Below, piece after piece: positions 1 through 9,866 of a DNA stretch of 64,000 nucleotides; the first letter of the stretch is position 1; each line of letters begins with the position of its first letter. The translations under genes and the position numbers were made by a program. Under the pieces are notes generated by a model. It was not told the DNA's origin. It saw nothing but the letters and a program-made list of their open reading frames with translations, and searched no databases. Source of the DNA: Candidatus Krumholzibacteriota bacterium (GTDB lineage: Bacteria > Krumholzibacteriota > Krumholzibacteriia > JAJRXK01); the NCBI GenBank assembly GCA_963727455.1, contig CAVSGG010000005.1, forward strand, positions 448,001 through 512,000, written 5' to 3'.

Positions 1-2
1 CC

Positions 3-854
3 TACAACGGAATTCCTCATCTTCTGCATCCGGTCATCACCGATCCAAAAGAGGCATTGAAAGCGCTGAAGCTCATGGTGGTGGAGATGACCGTGCGCTA
101 CAACAGCCTGGCCAAGCACGGTGTACGCAACATCCACGAATACAACGCCAAGGTGAAGGCGGGAAAGATCAAGGACGCCGAAGGAGCAAAGGTCGAGGAT
201 GCGATGAACTACATCGTCATCATCGTCGACGAGCTCGCGGATCTCATGATGCTGTTGGGGTCGGAGCTGGAGACTCCGATCGCGCGCCTGGCTCAGATGG
301 CGCGCGCGGTGGGAATTCATCTGGTTCTCGCCACGCAACGTCCCTCGGTGAACGTGATCACTGGAGTCATCAAGGCTAATTTTCCTTCGCGGATCGGGTT
401 TCGAGTCATCTCGAAAGTGGACAGTCGGACCATCCTCGACGTGATGGGAGCGGAGGCGCTTTTGGGGAAGGGCGACAGCCTGTTTATCATGGGGGGAATG
501 TCACAACCCAAGCGCGTGCACGGTGCATTCCTGAGTACGGAGGAGTGTGAGAGGATCGCCGAACACTGGATACCCTTGGCCGAGGAAGTCGCTCATCTGG
601 ATCTCATGGACGCCGATTCGGTAAAGAGCGCCCTCGATCTGGGAGAGGATGATCTGCTGGAGGATGCCCGTCGGATCGTCGTGCTCGCCCAGAGCGGTTC
701 CACCAGCATGCTGCAGCGGAAACTCCGCGTGGGGTACACCCGCGCCGCTCGCCTCATGGACATGCTGGAGGAGTTGGGAGTCGTGGGTCCCTTCGAGGGT
801 TCCAAGGCCCGCGAAGTGCTCGTGAGTCCCGAGGAATTCGAGGCCGAGGGATGA
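3..854 (+). CDS. ftsK: DNA translocase FtsK, C-terminal part (5' end outside window)
   Basis: Frame open from base 3 (YNGIPHLLHPVITDPKEA); IIVDELADLMM, ARAVGIHLVLATQRPSV, GAEALLGKGD; gamma domain STSMLQRKLRVGYTRAARL. Confidence 0.96.
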   Translation, partial: YNGIPHLLHPVITDPKEALKALKLMVVEMTVRYNSLAKHGVRNIHEYNAKVKAGKIKDAEGAKVEDAMNYIVIIVDELADLMMLLGSELETPIARLAQMARAVGIHLVLATQRPSVNVITGVIKANFPSRIGFRVISKVDSRTILDVMGAEALLGKGDSLFIMGGMSQPKRVHGAFLSTEECERIAEHWIPLAEEVAHLDLMDADSVKSALDLGEDDLLEDARRIVVLAQSGSTSMLQRKLRVGYTRAARLMDMLEELGVVGPFEGSKAREVLVSPEEFEAEG

Positions 855-2248
855 CCTCATCGCCGCGCGTATATCTCGAGACCTTGGGCTGCGAGAAGAA
901 CCTCGTCGATTCGCAGGCGGCGATGGGTCTTCTGCAACAACGGGGCTTTCGACCGGCCGAGAGTCCCGGGGACGCCGAGCTGGTGGTGCTCAACACCTGC
1001 GGTTTCCTGGCGGCCGCGCGCAACGAATCGATGGAGCGGATTCGAGAGCTTGCCCTGCTCAAGGGGAACGCGAAGTTCGTGGTGATGGGATGTTTCGTCC
1101 AGGGACAGACTCATCCCATCATGGATCTGGTGCCCCAGGTGGACCATGTTCTGGGAGTTGGCCAGTACGACAAGTTGGAAGAGCTCTTTGGCGAGGCTTC
1201 GACGAGTTTTCCTCTCGCCGCTCCCGAGGAGGCGCCCTACGCGGGTTACGGGGTGCGAAGCCCGGGCAGGTTGCGCCACGTAGCGCACATCAAGATCGCC
1301 GAGGGCTGCAATCAGAGCTGTTCCTTCTGCAAGATCCCCGTATTGAGAGGAAAGCAGCGCAGCCGCCCCATAGAGCAGATCGTGCAGGAGGCGCGGTCGC
1401 TGGTGGCAGGTGGCGTCAGAGAGCTCATCTTGATCGCACAGAACACTTCCGCCTACGGGGTGGACCTGCCGGGCAAGCCGCGGCTCGGCGAGCTGTGCCG
1501 GGCCCTGGACTCGATCGAGGATCTGCGCTGGATTCGCATCATGTACGCCTACCCGCCGATGTTCACTGACGAACTCATGCGCGAGGTCTACGAGGTCGAC
1601 AAGGTGGTTTCCTATCTCGACATCCCCATCCAGCACGCGTCCTCTCGCATTCTCAAGGCCATGGGTAGGGGGTACGACCCGGAGCGGCTGCGTCGCCAGA
1701 TCGAAGCTCTCCGCGAGCTGCGCCCTGAGATCATGCTTCGCACCACGGCTCTGTTGGGCTTTCCGGGGGAGGAAGAGGAGGATGTGGTTCGCTTGCTCGA
1801 TTTCTTGGCCGAAGTGAGTTTCGACCATCTAGTCACCTTCGCCTACAGCCACGAGGAACAGACCTCTGCCTACGCGCTGAGGGATGAAATCGATCCCGCG
1901 GAAAAGGAAGATCGTCGCGCGAGGGTGGAGGACCTGGGTTGGGACCTCGCGCTGGAACGCAAGCGCAGGCTCCTGGGTAAAAAGCTCTCGGTCGTGGTCG
2001 ACGAAGTCTACGACAGCGCAGAGGAGGCCGATTTGAGCACCTTGCCGCTGGATATAACAGAGGAGCTCAGGGCGGACCAGCCGGTGGCGTTTGCTCGCAG
2101 CGAAGGATTTTGCGAGGGTATCGATGGAGGAATTTGGCTGGCGGGAGAGGGGCTCTCTGCGGGCCAAATGCTGGAGGTCACTCCAAAATTTTGCGGACCC
2201 TATGACCTGTGGGCACACGCAGCGGACCCAGCCGGGAGATTGGCATGA
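851..2248 (+). CDS. rimO: Ribosomal protein S12 methylthiotransferase RimO
   Basis: LGCEKNLVDS, NTCGF, radical SAM CNQSCSFC, C-terminal TRAM-like domain; ATGA overlap with ftsK. Confidence 0.92.
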   Translation: MTSSPRVYLETLGCEKNLVDSQAAMGLLQQRGFRPAESPGDAELVVLNTCGFLAAARNESMERIRELALLKGNAKFVVMGCFVQGQTHPIMDLVPQVDHVLGVGQYDKLEELFGEASTSFPLAAPEEAPYAGYGVRSPGRLRHVAHIKIAEGCNQSCSFCKIPVLRGKQRSRPIEQIVQEARSLVAGGVRELILIAQNTSAYGVDLPGKPRLGELCRALDSIEDLRWIRIMYAYPPMFTDELMREVYEVDKVVSYLDIPIQHASSRILKAMGRGYDPERLRRQIEALRELRPEIMLRTTALLGFPGEEEEDVVRLLDFLAEVSFDHLVTFAYSHEEQTSAYALRDEIDPAEKEDRRARVEDLGWDLALERKRRLLGKKLSVVVDEVYDSAEEADLSTLPLDITEELRADQPVAFARSEGFCEGIDGGIWLAGEGLSAGQMLEVTPKFCGPYDLWAHAADPAGRLA

Positions 2249-2898
2249 TACGGACGATTCTGTTGCTCCTGACACTTTCGTTGGCGTTGGGATCCTACGC
2301 CGCCGTGAGCCGGGCGGCGGTGCCGCTCAGCAATCGCGAACTCGTGGAGAAGGCGACGGCGGATCTTAGCAAGCAGGTGGAGAAGATAGTGGTCGAGAAA
2401 GTCGACGACACTCCGAAGATCGCGCTGCGGGCGAGCCTGGCTTCCGGCTTCAACGAGACCTTTCAGGACGCCTTGGCTCCGGCGCTCCTGGACCGTGGAT
2501 TCGACGTGTGGATTCTGAAGGAGGGTCAGGATGCACAACCCGGCGCGCTGGTGCTGGAATACAAATTGTTGCAGGCATCGCTGCGCTATCCCGCGGAACG
2601 CCACGGATTTCTCGGCCTCGGTACACCCACGATCGGGAGGGTTCTCGATATGGAAATGGACGGTCGTCTCGAGTCTCCCAAGGACGGCCGTCTCTTCTGG
2701 CAGGGCAAGGCTACCACGCAGATTTCGGATCGGATCGCGCTCAACCAACTAGCATCGGCGAAGACCGGGCAGCCAAGCTGGGTGAGCGGTCCGGGGCCGG
2801 ATACCACCACGGACTCTCATGCAGGCTTTCTCGAGAAACTCACGATCGCGGGACTCGTGGGAGCCGTCGTGACGCTCTATATCTCGGGGGCGCAATGA
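2245..2898 (+). CDS. Hypothetical exported protein with C-terminal hydrophobic segment
   Basis: ATG 2245 overlaps rimO stop (ATGA); signal peptide MIRTILLLLTLSLALGSYA; stop overlaps next start. Confidence 0.7.
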   Translation: MIRTILLLLTLSLALGSYAAVSRAAVPLSNRELVEKATADLSKQVEKIVVEKVDDTPKIALRASLASGFNETFQDALAPALLDRGFDVWILKEGQDAQPGALVLEYKLLQASLRYPAERHGFLGLGTPTIGRVLDMEMDGRLESPKDGRLFWQGKATTQISDRIALNQLASAKTGQPSWVSGPGPDTTTDSHAGFLEKLTIAGLVGAVVTLYISGAQ

Positions 2899-3842
2899 TC
2901 ATGTACAGTTCCAAGTCCACTCTCTCCGTTTGGGCGCTCTCGCTCGCGGCGCTTCTCTCGCTCTTCGCATGCGGGAAAAATGCGTCGCCGAACCACGATG
3001 AGGAGTTCCGCGCGCTTGCGGACAAGAAGGATTACAAGGAGATCGAGGCCAGAATCGAGCTGTACCAAAAAAAGGGGGAACACGGAGCCAAGTTGGATTA
3101 CTGGAAGGGGGTTGTCCTCTTGCAGCAGGATCAGGACGTTCCGGCCAAGCGAGCCTTCGAGCAGGCGGTGGCAGCGGATTCGAGTCTGGCCTTCGACGCG
3201 GCCAGCCAGTACCGCGAAGCCGCCGAGCAGGATCTGAAGAACGGCTGGAAAGGGCGCGGGGCACACCGCCTCGAGCAAGCGTATCTCTGGGACCACAAGC
3301 CGCAAATGGGGGATCTCGAACTGGATGTCGCCAAGCTCCTCTACGACGGCAAGAAATACAAGCTGGTTATTCCCGTACTACAGGACTTGCTCACGCGGGG
3401 CGGTGCGAGCGCGACCAATCAGCAACGCTGGAGATATCTCCTGGGTCGCAGCTACGAGGAATCCGGTCTCCCCGAGGCGGGACTGGCGCAGTATCGCCAG
3501 TACTGGGCGGATTGGCGAGACGAACCCGAAAGCGTGTGGCGCGATCGTGTTTCCTATCGCAGCGGCATCATCCTGCTCGCTCAGGCCAAAGACCAGAGAG
3601 AGCGGGGATTTGCATCAGCGGCCCTCAAACTCCTGGACGAGGTTCATCAGATGCGTTGTGAAATCGACCAGCAGGCAGAAGCATATTACGAGGCGGGTCT
3701 CTGCTACGAGGCCTTGGGACAACCCCAGGAGGCGCTTGCGAGTTATCGACGCTGTCTGGATCTTCCTAGAAACGCGGGCGGAAACGGTAGAGATGAAGCG
3801 AGGAAACGTATCGTCGAGCTCAGGGCTTCCAGTGTTCACTAG
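2895..3842 (+). CDS. TPR-repeat lipoprotein
   Basis: ATG 2895 coupled to previous stop; lipobox LFAC; TPR-like helices (YYEAGLCYEALGQPQEALASYRRCL). Confidence 0.75.
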   Translation: MIMYSSKSTLSVWALSLAALLSLFACGKNASPNHDEEFRALADKKDYKEIEARIELYQKKGEHGAKLDYWKGVVLLQQDQDVPAKRAFEQAVAADSSLAFDAASQYREAAEQDLKNGWKGRGAHRLEQAYLWDHKPQMGDLELDVAKLLYDGKKYKLVIPVLQDLLTRGGASATNQQRWRYLLGRSYEESGLPEAGLAQYRQYWADWRDEPESVWRDRVSYRSGIILLAQAKDQRERGFASAALKLLDEVHQMRCEIDQQAEAYYEAGLCYEALGQPQEALASYRRCLDLPRNAGGNGRDEARKRIVELRASSVH

Positions 3843-4605
3843 GCCTCGCTCTCATTTGCTGGCGTTTCTCTCGGTGCTTCTGCTCGGAACTGGGCTGGGA
3901 TGCAGCCATCCTTGGAATGCCCTGCCGGAAGGAAGCTACGAGCGCGGGAAAGCCGAGGCAGAGGGTGGCGCTACGCTGGACGCGATCGAGGACCTGAAGC
4001 TGTTCATTCGCAGGAACCCACAGGATCCGCTGGCTGACGACGCGCAATTTCTGGTCGGGCAATCTTACATGGAAACCGAGGATTATCCGGTGGCCGCTGT
4101 CGAGTTCGAGATCATGCAGGTGGACTATCCGAGCAGTGAGTTGGCCGATGATGCGGCCTACCTCGAGGCATTGAGCTACGTGAGGCAAGTCCCCGATTAC
4201 CGCCTCGATCAAACCATCACCAAGACGGCGATGGACAAACTCAACCACTACCTGAAGACCTATCCTTCCGGTAAGCACGTGAAGGAGGCGCATGACGAAC
4301 TCGATCAACTCCAGACCAAGCTCGACCGCAAACATCTCGATGCCGCCGCTTTCTACAAGCGGAGAGGTCAATTGGCGGCGGCGGACCAGGTCCTGGAGAA
4401 CCTCCTGCAGGAGAGCCCCAATTCGAAACTGCGGCCACGAATCCTGATGATGAAGGGACAGACGGATTTCAAGCTAAAGAACTACGAAGATGCGGTGGCG
4501 GCGCTCCGTGAGCTCGTGGACCGCTGGCCCGATTCCGCGGATCGGGGAAAGGCTGAAAGGCTGCTGAAGAAGGCACAGAAGGCGGCCGGGGGAGACGCTT
4601 CATGA
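3832..4605 (+). CDS. bamD: Outer membrane protein assembly factor BamD
   Basis: GTG 3832; lipoprotein signal GLGC; YPSSELADDAAY, DQTITKTA, A-FY motif typical of BamD/YfiO. Confidence 0.85.
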   Translation: MFTRPRSHLLAFLSVLLLGTGLGCSHPWNALPEGSYERGKAEAEGGATLDAIEDLKLFIRRNPQDPLADDAQFLVGQSYMETEDYPVAAVEFEIMQVDYPSSELADDAAYLEALSYVRQVPDYRLDQTITKTAMDKLNHYLKTYPSGKHVKEAHDELDQLQTKLDRKHLDAAAFYKRRGQLAAADQVLENLLQESPNSKLRPRILMMKGQTDFKLKNYEDAVAALRELVDRWPDSADRGKAERLLKKAQKAAGGDAS

Positions 4606-5228
4606 CGCGGCACGGGATTGGACTTTTCGGAGGCACTTTCGATCCGGTTCACGATGCGCATCTGGAACTGGCGCGGCGGGCCAAGAAGCAACTCTCCTTG
4701 CGGGAGGTGTGGTTCGTGCCAGCCTGGCAGCCGCCTCACAAGTCCGAGCAGCTCCTGAGCCCCGCAGAGGATCGTTTGGCGATGTTGGAGCTCGCGATCG
4801 AAGGGCACAAGGGGCTGGCCATCTGCACCATCGAGATCGAGCAGCAGGAAGTGGCCTATTCGGTACAGACGGTCGATGCGCTCACGCACACCCATCCAGG
4901 GGCGCGCTTCTATCTTCTCTTGGGAGAGGACAGCCTACGCGAGCTTCCGCGCTGGAGGGAGCCCAGACGGCTCTTGCAGATGGCTCCGCCCGTCGTCATG
5001 CCGCGTTCGGTCGATCTCAGGCGCAGCGGGGCCTTCGGCGAGGGAGGGCGTCGCATGTCCGCGGTCATGGGTAGCTCGATCCTCTGGCTCACCGGACCGC
5101 CGCTGAATGTCTCTTCGACGGACCTGCGCGCGAGCCTGGCCCGCGGAGAGCGACCCAACGGAATGAACCCCAAGGTCCTCGACTACATCGAGAAGCAGGG
5201 TCTCTATCGCGAGCACATACTTCCGTGA
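4602..5228 (+). CDS. nadD: Nicotinate-nucleotide adenylyltransferase
   Basis: GLFGGTFDPVHDAH, PPHK, LLGEDS, VSSTDLR. Confidence 0.93.
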   Translation: MTRHGIGLFGGTFDPVHDAHLELARRAKKQLSLREVWFVPAWQPPHKSEQLLSPAEDRLAMLELAIEGHKGLAICTIEIEQQEVAYSVQTVDALTHTHPGARFYLLLGEDSLRELPRWREPRRLLQMAPPVVMPRSVDLRRSGAFGEGGRRMSAVMGSSILWLTGPPLNVSSTDLRASLARGERPNGMNPKVLDYIEKQGLYREHILP

Positions 5229-8008
5229 AGCTACTTTTGGTTGATGGGTCGGCTCTTCTGTACCGCAGCCACTTTGCGTTTCGCGGAAGGCCGTTGACCA
5301 CGAGTCACGGAGAGCTGACATCGGCCGCCTACGGAGTCGCCACGGCACTCGTGCATCTCCGCGAGGATGAGGGCGCGCAGTCGATGGTAGTCGCCTTCGA
5401 TGCCAAGGGTGACACCTTCCGGCACGAAATGTATTCCCAGTACAAGGCGAATCGCCCTCCCATGCCGCCAGAGCTCAGCGAGCAGGTGCCGCGCGTCCAC
5501 GAGCTGGTGCGCGCGATGGGACTCCCGCTTCTTTCTCCGCCGCGCTACGAGGCAGACGACGTGCTGGCCACTTTGGCCCGGCAGGCCGTCGAACGAGGCG
5601 ACGAGGCTTGGATCTACTCGGGGGACAAGGACTTCATTCCCCTGGTGCGGCCGGGAGTGGGGATTCTCAAGCCGGCGAGCAAGGGGGGCAACGATGTCTA
5701 TCTCGACGAGGAATCGATCCAACGCGAACTTGGCCTCGCTCCGGCGCAGTATCTTCACGTTCTGGCGTTGATGGGGGACAAGGCCGACAACGTTCCAGGG
5801 GCGCCCGGAGTGGGGGAGAAGACTGCCCTCAAGCTCATTTCGGATTTCGAGAGCATCGAGGGAGTCTTCGCGAATCTACAGGACTCTCGTATTCGTCCCA
5901 AGCTACGCGACAAGCTGCTCGAGAACCGGGAGCTGATCGAGTTGAGTTTGCGCCTGGTGACCATCGATGAGAACGTACCGTTGAGCATGGAATGGGAGAA
6001 GGCCGCGCTCGGCGAGTATCCCGAGGATTTCTACGAGCTGTGTCGCGAACTAGAATTCACGCGCCTTCTGCAACGCCTACCCAAGAGTAGCCGGCAAGAA
6101 GAGGCGCTGACCCTAGTCAGTCAAGAACCCGGGCTGGCGGCCGAGGAGGAAGCGGAAGAAGATACCGGACGCCATTACGAACTCGTCGAGTCCCTGGAAC
6201 GCCTCGACGGGGTTTTGCGTGAATTCGATGCGCACGAGGGTCCCATCTCCCTCGACACCGAGACAACCTCACTGGATCCACTTCAGGCCGAGCTGGTGGG
6301 AATCTCCCTCTGCAAGGAAGGGGGCCATTCCTATTACATTCCGGTGGAAGCGGGTGCCAAGGGGAGCGGTGGGCCGGACCTGTTCTCCGAATCGAACGAA
6401 GAACTTCGCTTGCCGTGGGAAGAGGTTCGCAAGCGGGTGGCGCCCCGATTCGCGAACCCCAAGAGAGCTTTCCTCGGACAGAACCTGAAATATGATCAGC
6501 TGGTACTGGACCATCATGGGGCTCCGGTGACCCGGGTGGATTTCGATACCATGATTGCGAGCTATTTGCTCGCCCCCGAACGCCGGCAACACAATCTCGA
6601 CGTGCTTGCAGAGGAGGAGCTCGGCCTTTCCACCATTCGCTATTCGGACTTGTTCAAGGGTTCGGGCACGAAGGACATCCGCAAACTGCCGTTGACAAAA
6701 GTGGCGGAATACGCCGCCGAGGATGCAGATGTTGCTTTCCGTCTCAGTGAGGTCTTTCGCCCCCGACTCGTGGCCGAGAAACTCGATCGTCTCATGAACG
6801 AGGTCGAGCTGCCTCTCTCTCAGGTCCTTTTGCGAATGGAGAGGCGTGGAATCAGGCTGGACAGCGAGCAGCTCGACAGCCTGGCCAAGGAACTAAAAGC
6901 CACCATGGGCGAACTCGAGGCCGAGTGCCACGAACTCGCCGGCGAGCCCTTCAACCTCAACAGTCCCAAGCAGCTGCAGGTCATCCTATTCGGGAAACTC
7001 GGGCTGAAGACGGGGAGGAAGACAGCCACCGGTTACTCCACGGATGTGGAGGTGCTCACCCGTCTCGCGGAGGAGCATCCGTTGCCCAAGGCGCTCCTGG
7101 AATATCGCCACGTCTCCAAACTACTTTCCACTTATGCGGAGGCACTCCCGCGCTTGGTGAATCCCGAGACCGGTTGCGTCCACACCTCCTTCAATCAGGC
7201 GGTGGCGGCGACTGGACGCCTCAGCAGCACCGATCCCAACCTGCAGAACATCCCTGTGCGAAGCGCGCTGGGAAAGCGGATTCGCGAGGCATTCATTCCG
7301 CGGGAGAAGGGTTGGTGCCTGCTCGCTTCGGATTACTCTCAGATCGAACTGCGCCTAATGGCTCACTTCGCGCAGGACGAGGCGATGATCGCGTCCTTCG
7401 CCAGAGGAGAGGACATTCACGCGCGTACCGCAGCGGAGGTCGCCGGCGTGGAGCTGGATGAGGTCGAGCCCTCGATGCGCGCCCGCGCCAAGGCCATCAA
7501 CTTCGGAATCCTCTATGGAATGGGATCCCGCGCGCTGGCGCAGCAGATCTCGGTCTCGAATACGGAAGCCAAGAAGTTCATCGAGGATTACTTCGCGCGC
7601 TTCCCCAGGGTGCGAGCATATATCGACGAGACGATCGCCAAAGCCAAGACAGAGGGCGAAGTCCGAACGATCCTGGGCCGCCGCCGCCGCCTCCCCGAGC
7701 TGAGTTCGAGTCACCCCCGTCAGCGCTCCTTCGGTGAGCGCATCGCGGTAAACACGCCCATCCAGGGTTCCGCCGCCGACCTCATCAAGGTCGCGATGAT
7801 TCGGCTGGATGCGCGAATCGTGCGCGACGAGCTGCCCGCGAACCTCCTCTTGCAGGTGCATGACGAACTGGTGCTGGAGGTGAAGAGGAAACACAGGGAC
7901 GCAATCGCTGCCGTGGTTCGCGAAGAGATGGAGGGTGTCTTCGACTTGAGCGTACCCTTGCTCGTCGACATCTCTTTTGGCGAGAATTGGGCAGAGGCGA
8001 AACCGTGA
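5225..8008 (+). CDS. polA: DNA polymerase I
   Basis: 5'-3' exonuclease (LLVDGS, YEADD), 3'-5' exonuclease (LDTETT), polymerase motifs TGRLSSTDPNLQNIP, DYSQIELR, LQVHDEL. Confidence 0.98.
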   Translation: MKLLLVDGSALLYRSHFAFRGRPLTTSHGELTSAAYGVATALVHLREDEGAQSMVVAFDAKGDTFRHEMYSQYKANRPPMPPELSEQVPRVHELVRAMGLPLLSPPRYEADDVLATLARQAVERGDEAWIYSGDKDFIPLVRPGVGILKPASKGGNDVYLDEESIQRELGLAPAQYLHVLALMGDKADNVPGAPGVGEKTALKLISDFESIEGVFANLQDSRIRPKLRDKLLENRELIELSLRLVTIDENVPLSMEWEKAALGEYPEDFYELCRELEFTRLLQRLPKSSRQEEALTLVSQEPGLAAEEEAEEDTGRHYELVESLERLDGVLREFDAHEGPISLDTETTSLDPLQAELVGISLCKEGGHSYYIPVEAGAKGSGGPDLFSESNEELRLPWEEVRKRVAPRFANPKRAFLGQNLKYDQLVLDHHGAPVTRVDFDTMIASYLLAPERRQHNLDVLAEEELGLSTIRYSDLFKGSGTKDIRKLPLTKVAEYAAEDADVAFRLSEVFRPRLVAEKLDRLMNEVELPLSQVLLRMERRGIRLDSEQLDSLAKELKATMGELEAECHELAGEPFNLNSPKQLQVILFGKLGLKTGRKTATGYSTDVEVLTRLAEEHPLPKALLEYRHVSKLLSTYAEALPRLVNPETGCVHTSFNQAVAATGRLSSTDPNLQNIPVRSALGKRIREAFIPREKGWCLLASDYSQIELRLMAHFAQDEAMIASFARGEDIHARTAAEVAGVELDEVEPSMRARAKAINFGILYGMGSRALAQQISVSNTEAKKFIEDYFARFPRVRAYIDETIAKAKTEGEVRTILGRRRRLPELSSSHPRQRSFGERIAVNTPIQGSAADLIKVAMIRLDARIVRDELPANLLLQVHDELVLEVKRKHRDAIAAVVREEMEGVFDLSVPLLVDISFGENWAEAKP

Positions 8009-8673
8009 ACCAATCGACGAAACACCGAGCGAAAATTCTGGTGGTTACCGGACAGACCGGCACTGGCAAGAGCACAGTATGCGAATGGCTGGCCCAGCGC
8101 GGCGCGTTCGTGCTGGACGCCGATCGCGTGGGACACGAGATTCTCCTACGGGAAGAAACGGTTGTTCAACTGAAGGAAATCTTCTCGCCGGAGATCGCGG
8201 ATCAACGCGGACGTATCGATCGCGCTCGATTGGGGGAGATCGTGTTCTCCGATCCCGTGGCCCTTCAGAAACTCAACGAACTGGTGCATCCTCCTCTCCT
8301 GCAAGAGATCGAGTTCCGAATTGCCGCGCTCGAGCGGAGCCAGGTCGCCACGCTGATCGTGGTGGACGCCGCGCTCCATTTCGTTTTCTCGCCGCGCATA
8401 CGCTGTGATGCGGTATTGATGACGAAGACGGCACCCGAGGTTCAGCTGCGGCGGATCATGGAGCGGGATGGGCTCGACGAGGAGCGGGCGCACGAACGCC
8501 TGCGGCGGCAGGCTTCCATCGCCGAGCACGAGGGCGAGGCGGACTACGTCCTGGACACCACGGCCGCGCCTAGCCAAGTACGCCGAGAACTGCTACTTAA
8601 CATGGACGCCTTCATGGGGACCTCCCTGGTGTTGAGTGACCCCTTTGTTCTAAGCCGGCATTCGGAGGATTGA
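8005..8673 (+). CDS. coaE: Dephospho-CoA kinase
   Basis: TGQTGTGKST, DAD, IDRARLGEIVF, LNELVHP; follows polA with GTGA overlap. Confidence 0.9.
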   Translation: MNQSTKHRAKILVVTGQTGTGKSTVCEWLAQRGAFVLDADRVGHEILLREETVVQLKEIFSPEIADQRGRIDRARLGEIVFSDPVALQKLNELVHPPLLQEIEFRIAALERSQVATLIVVDAALHFVFSPRIRCDAVLMTKTAPEVQLRRIMERDGLDEERAHERLRRQASIAEHEGEADYVLDTTAAPSQVRRELLLNMDAFMGTSLVLSDPFVLSRHSED

Positions 8674-8678
8674 AAGCG

Positions 8679-9780
8679 ATGACCGAGGCAAGTACACCGT
8701 CCCTGCAAGAGATCCGCAGCAGAACCACCCGACTCAAGGAGGGTCTTTGACCTCCCGCAGATGAATGCCCGTCTGGCGGAGCTGGAAAAGGCCATGCTGG
8801 CCGAAGATTTTTGGTCGGATCAGGAGAACGCCCGCGAAGTGATCGAGGAGTCCAACCGAATCAAGCGTTGGACCGAACCGCTCCAGGAACTCGAAAAGAC
8901 GCTCGAGGAGGCCGAGCTTTATCTGGAAATGGGTAAGGAAGACCCCGATGCCGAAAACGAAGCCGCGCGAGCGCTCGCCGCGGCCGAGAAGAGGATCGGC
9001 GTTCTGGAAGCTCAATACATGCTCGGCGGTCCGGACGATCCCAAAGGCGCCATGATCGAAATCCACCCCGGCGCGGGCGGCACCGAGAGCCAGGATTGGG
9101 CCGAGATGCTTCTGCGAATGTACAGTCGATTCTGCGAGGCCGAGGGCTGGAAATTCAAGCTCATGGAGGTCGCGCCTGGAGACGAGGCGGGAATCAAGAG
9201 CGCCACCATGGAGATCACCGAATCCTTCGCCTACGGATACCTCAAGGGGGAGAGCGGAGTACATCGTTTGGTGCGGATTTCGCCCTTCGACGCGCAGAGC
9301 CGGCGCCACACGTCCTTTGCCTCGGTCTTCGTCTACCCACTGGTCGAGGACCAGGATTTCGACATCGAGATCGAGGACAAGGACCTGCGAGTGGATACCT
9401 ATCGCGCCAGCGGCGCAGGGGGGCAGCACGTCAACAAGACGGACAGCGCAATCCGTATCACCCACCTTCCCACCGGGATCGTCGTGCAGTGCCAAAACGA
9501 ACGCAGTCAGCACCGCAACCGCGAGGCGGCCATGCAGATGCTCAAGACGCGCCTCTACCACTTGAAGCTGGAGGAGGAACGGGCGAAACAGCAGGAACTG
9601 GAGGATAGCAAGATGAAGATCGACTTCGGCAGTCAGATCCGCTCCTACGTCCTGCAGCCCTACACGAAGGTGAAGGACCACCGAACGGAGGTGGAAACCG
9701 GCGACGCAAGGGGCGTCCTCGACGGTGACCTGCGGACCTTCATCGACTCGTACCTGCGCTGGTCGGGGCAGGCCGCTTGA
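8679..9780 (+). CDS. prfB: Peptide chain release factor 2 with programmed +1 frameshift
   Basis: ATG 8679 leads in frame to CTT TGA C (8745-8751) with AGGAGG just upstream; +1 frame carries SPF and GGQ motifs. Confidence 0.97.
8737..8751 (+). promoter_or_regulatory. prfB programmed ribosomal frameshift site
   Basis: AGGAGG-GT-CTT-TGA-C, canonical RF2 autoregulatory cassette. Confidence 0.95.
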
Positions 9781-9866
9781 CAGCTGCCGCGGGCCCTACG
9801 ATACTTCCGGCCCCGGTGGATATCCTTGGAATTCAGTCACTTGCGAACTCGACCCTAGGAAGAAGC

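Noticed and set aside
2508-3831. Long N-terminal extensions and dual-coding overlaps predicted for the TPR protein and BamD
   Set aside because: Signal peptides and lipoboxes place the real starts at 2895 and 3832; the extensions are open frames by chance
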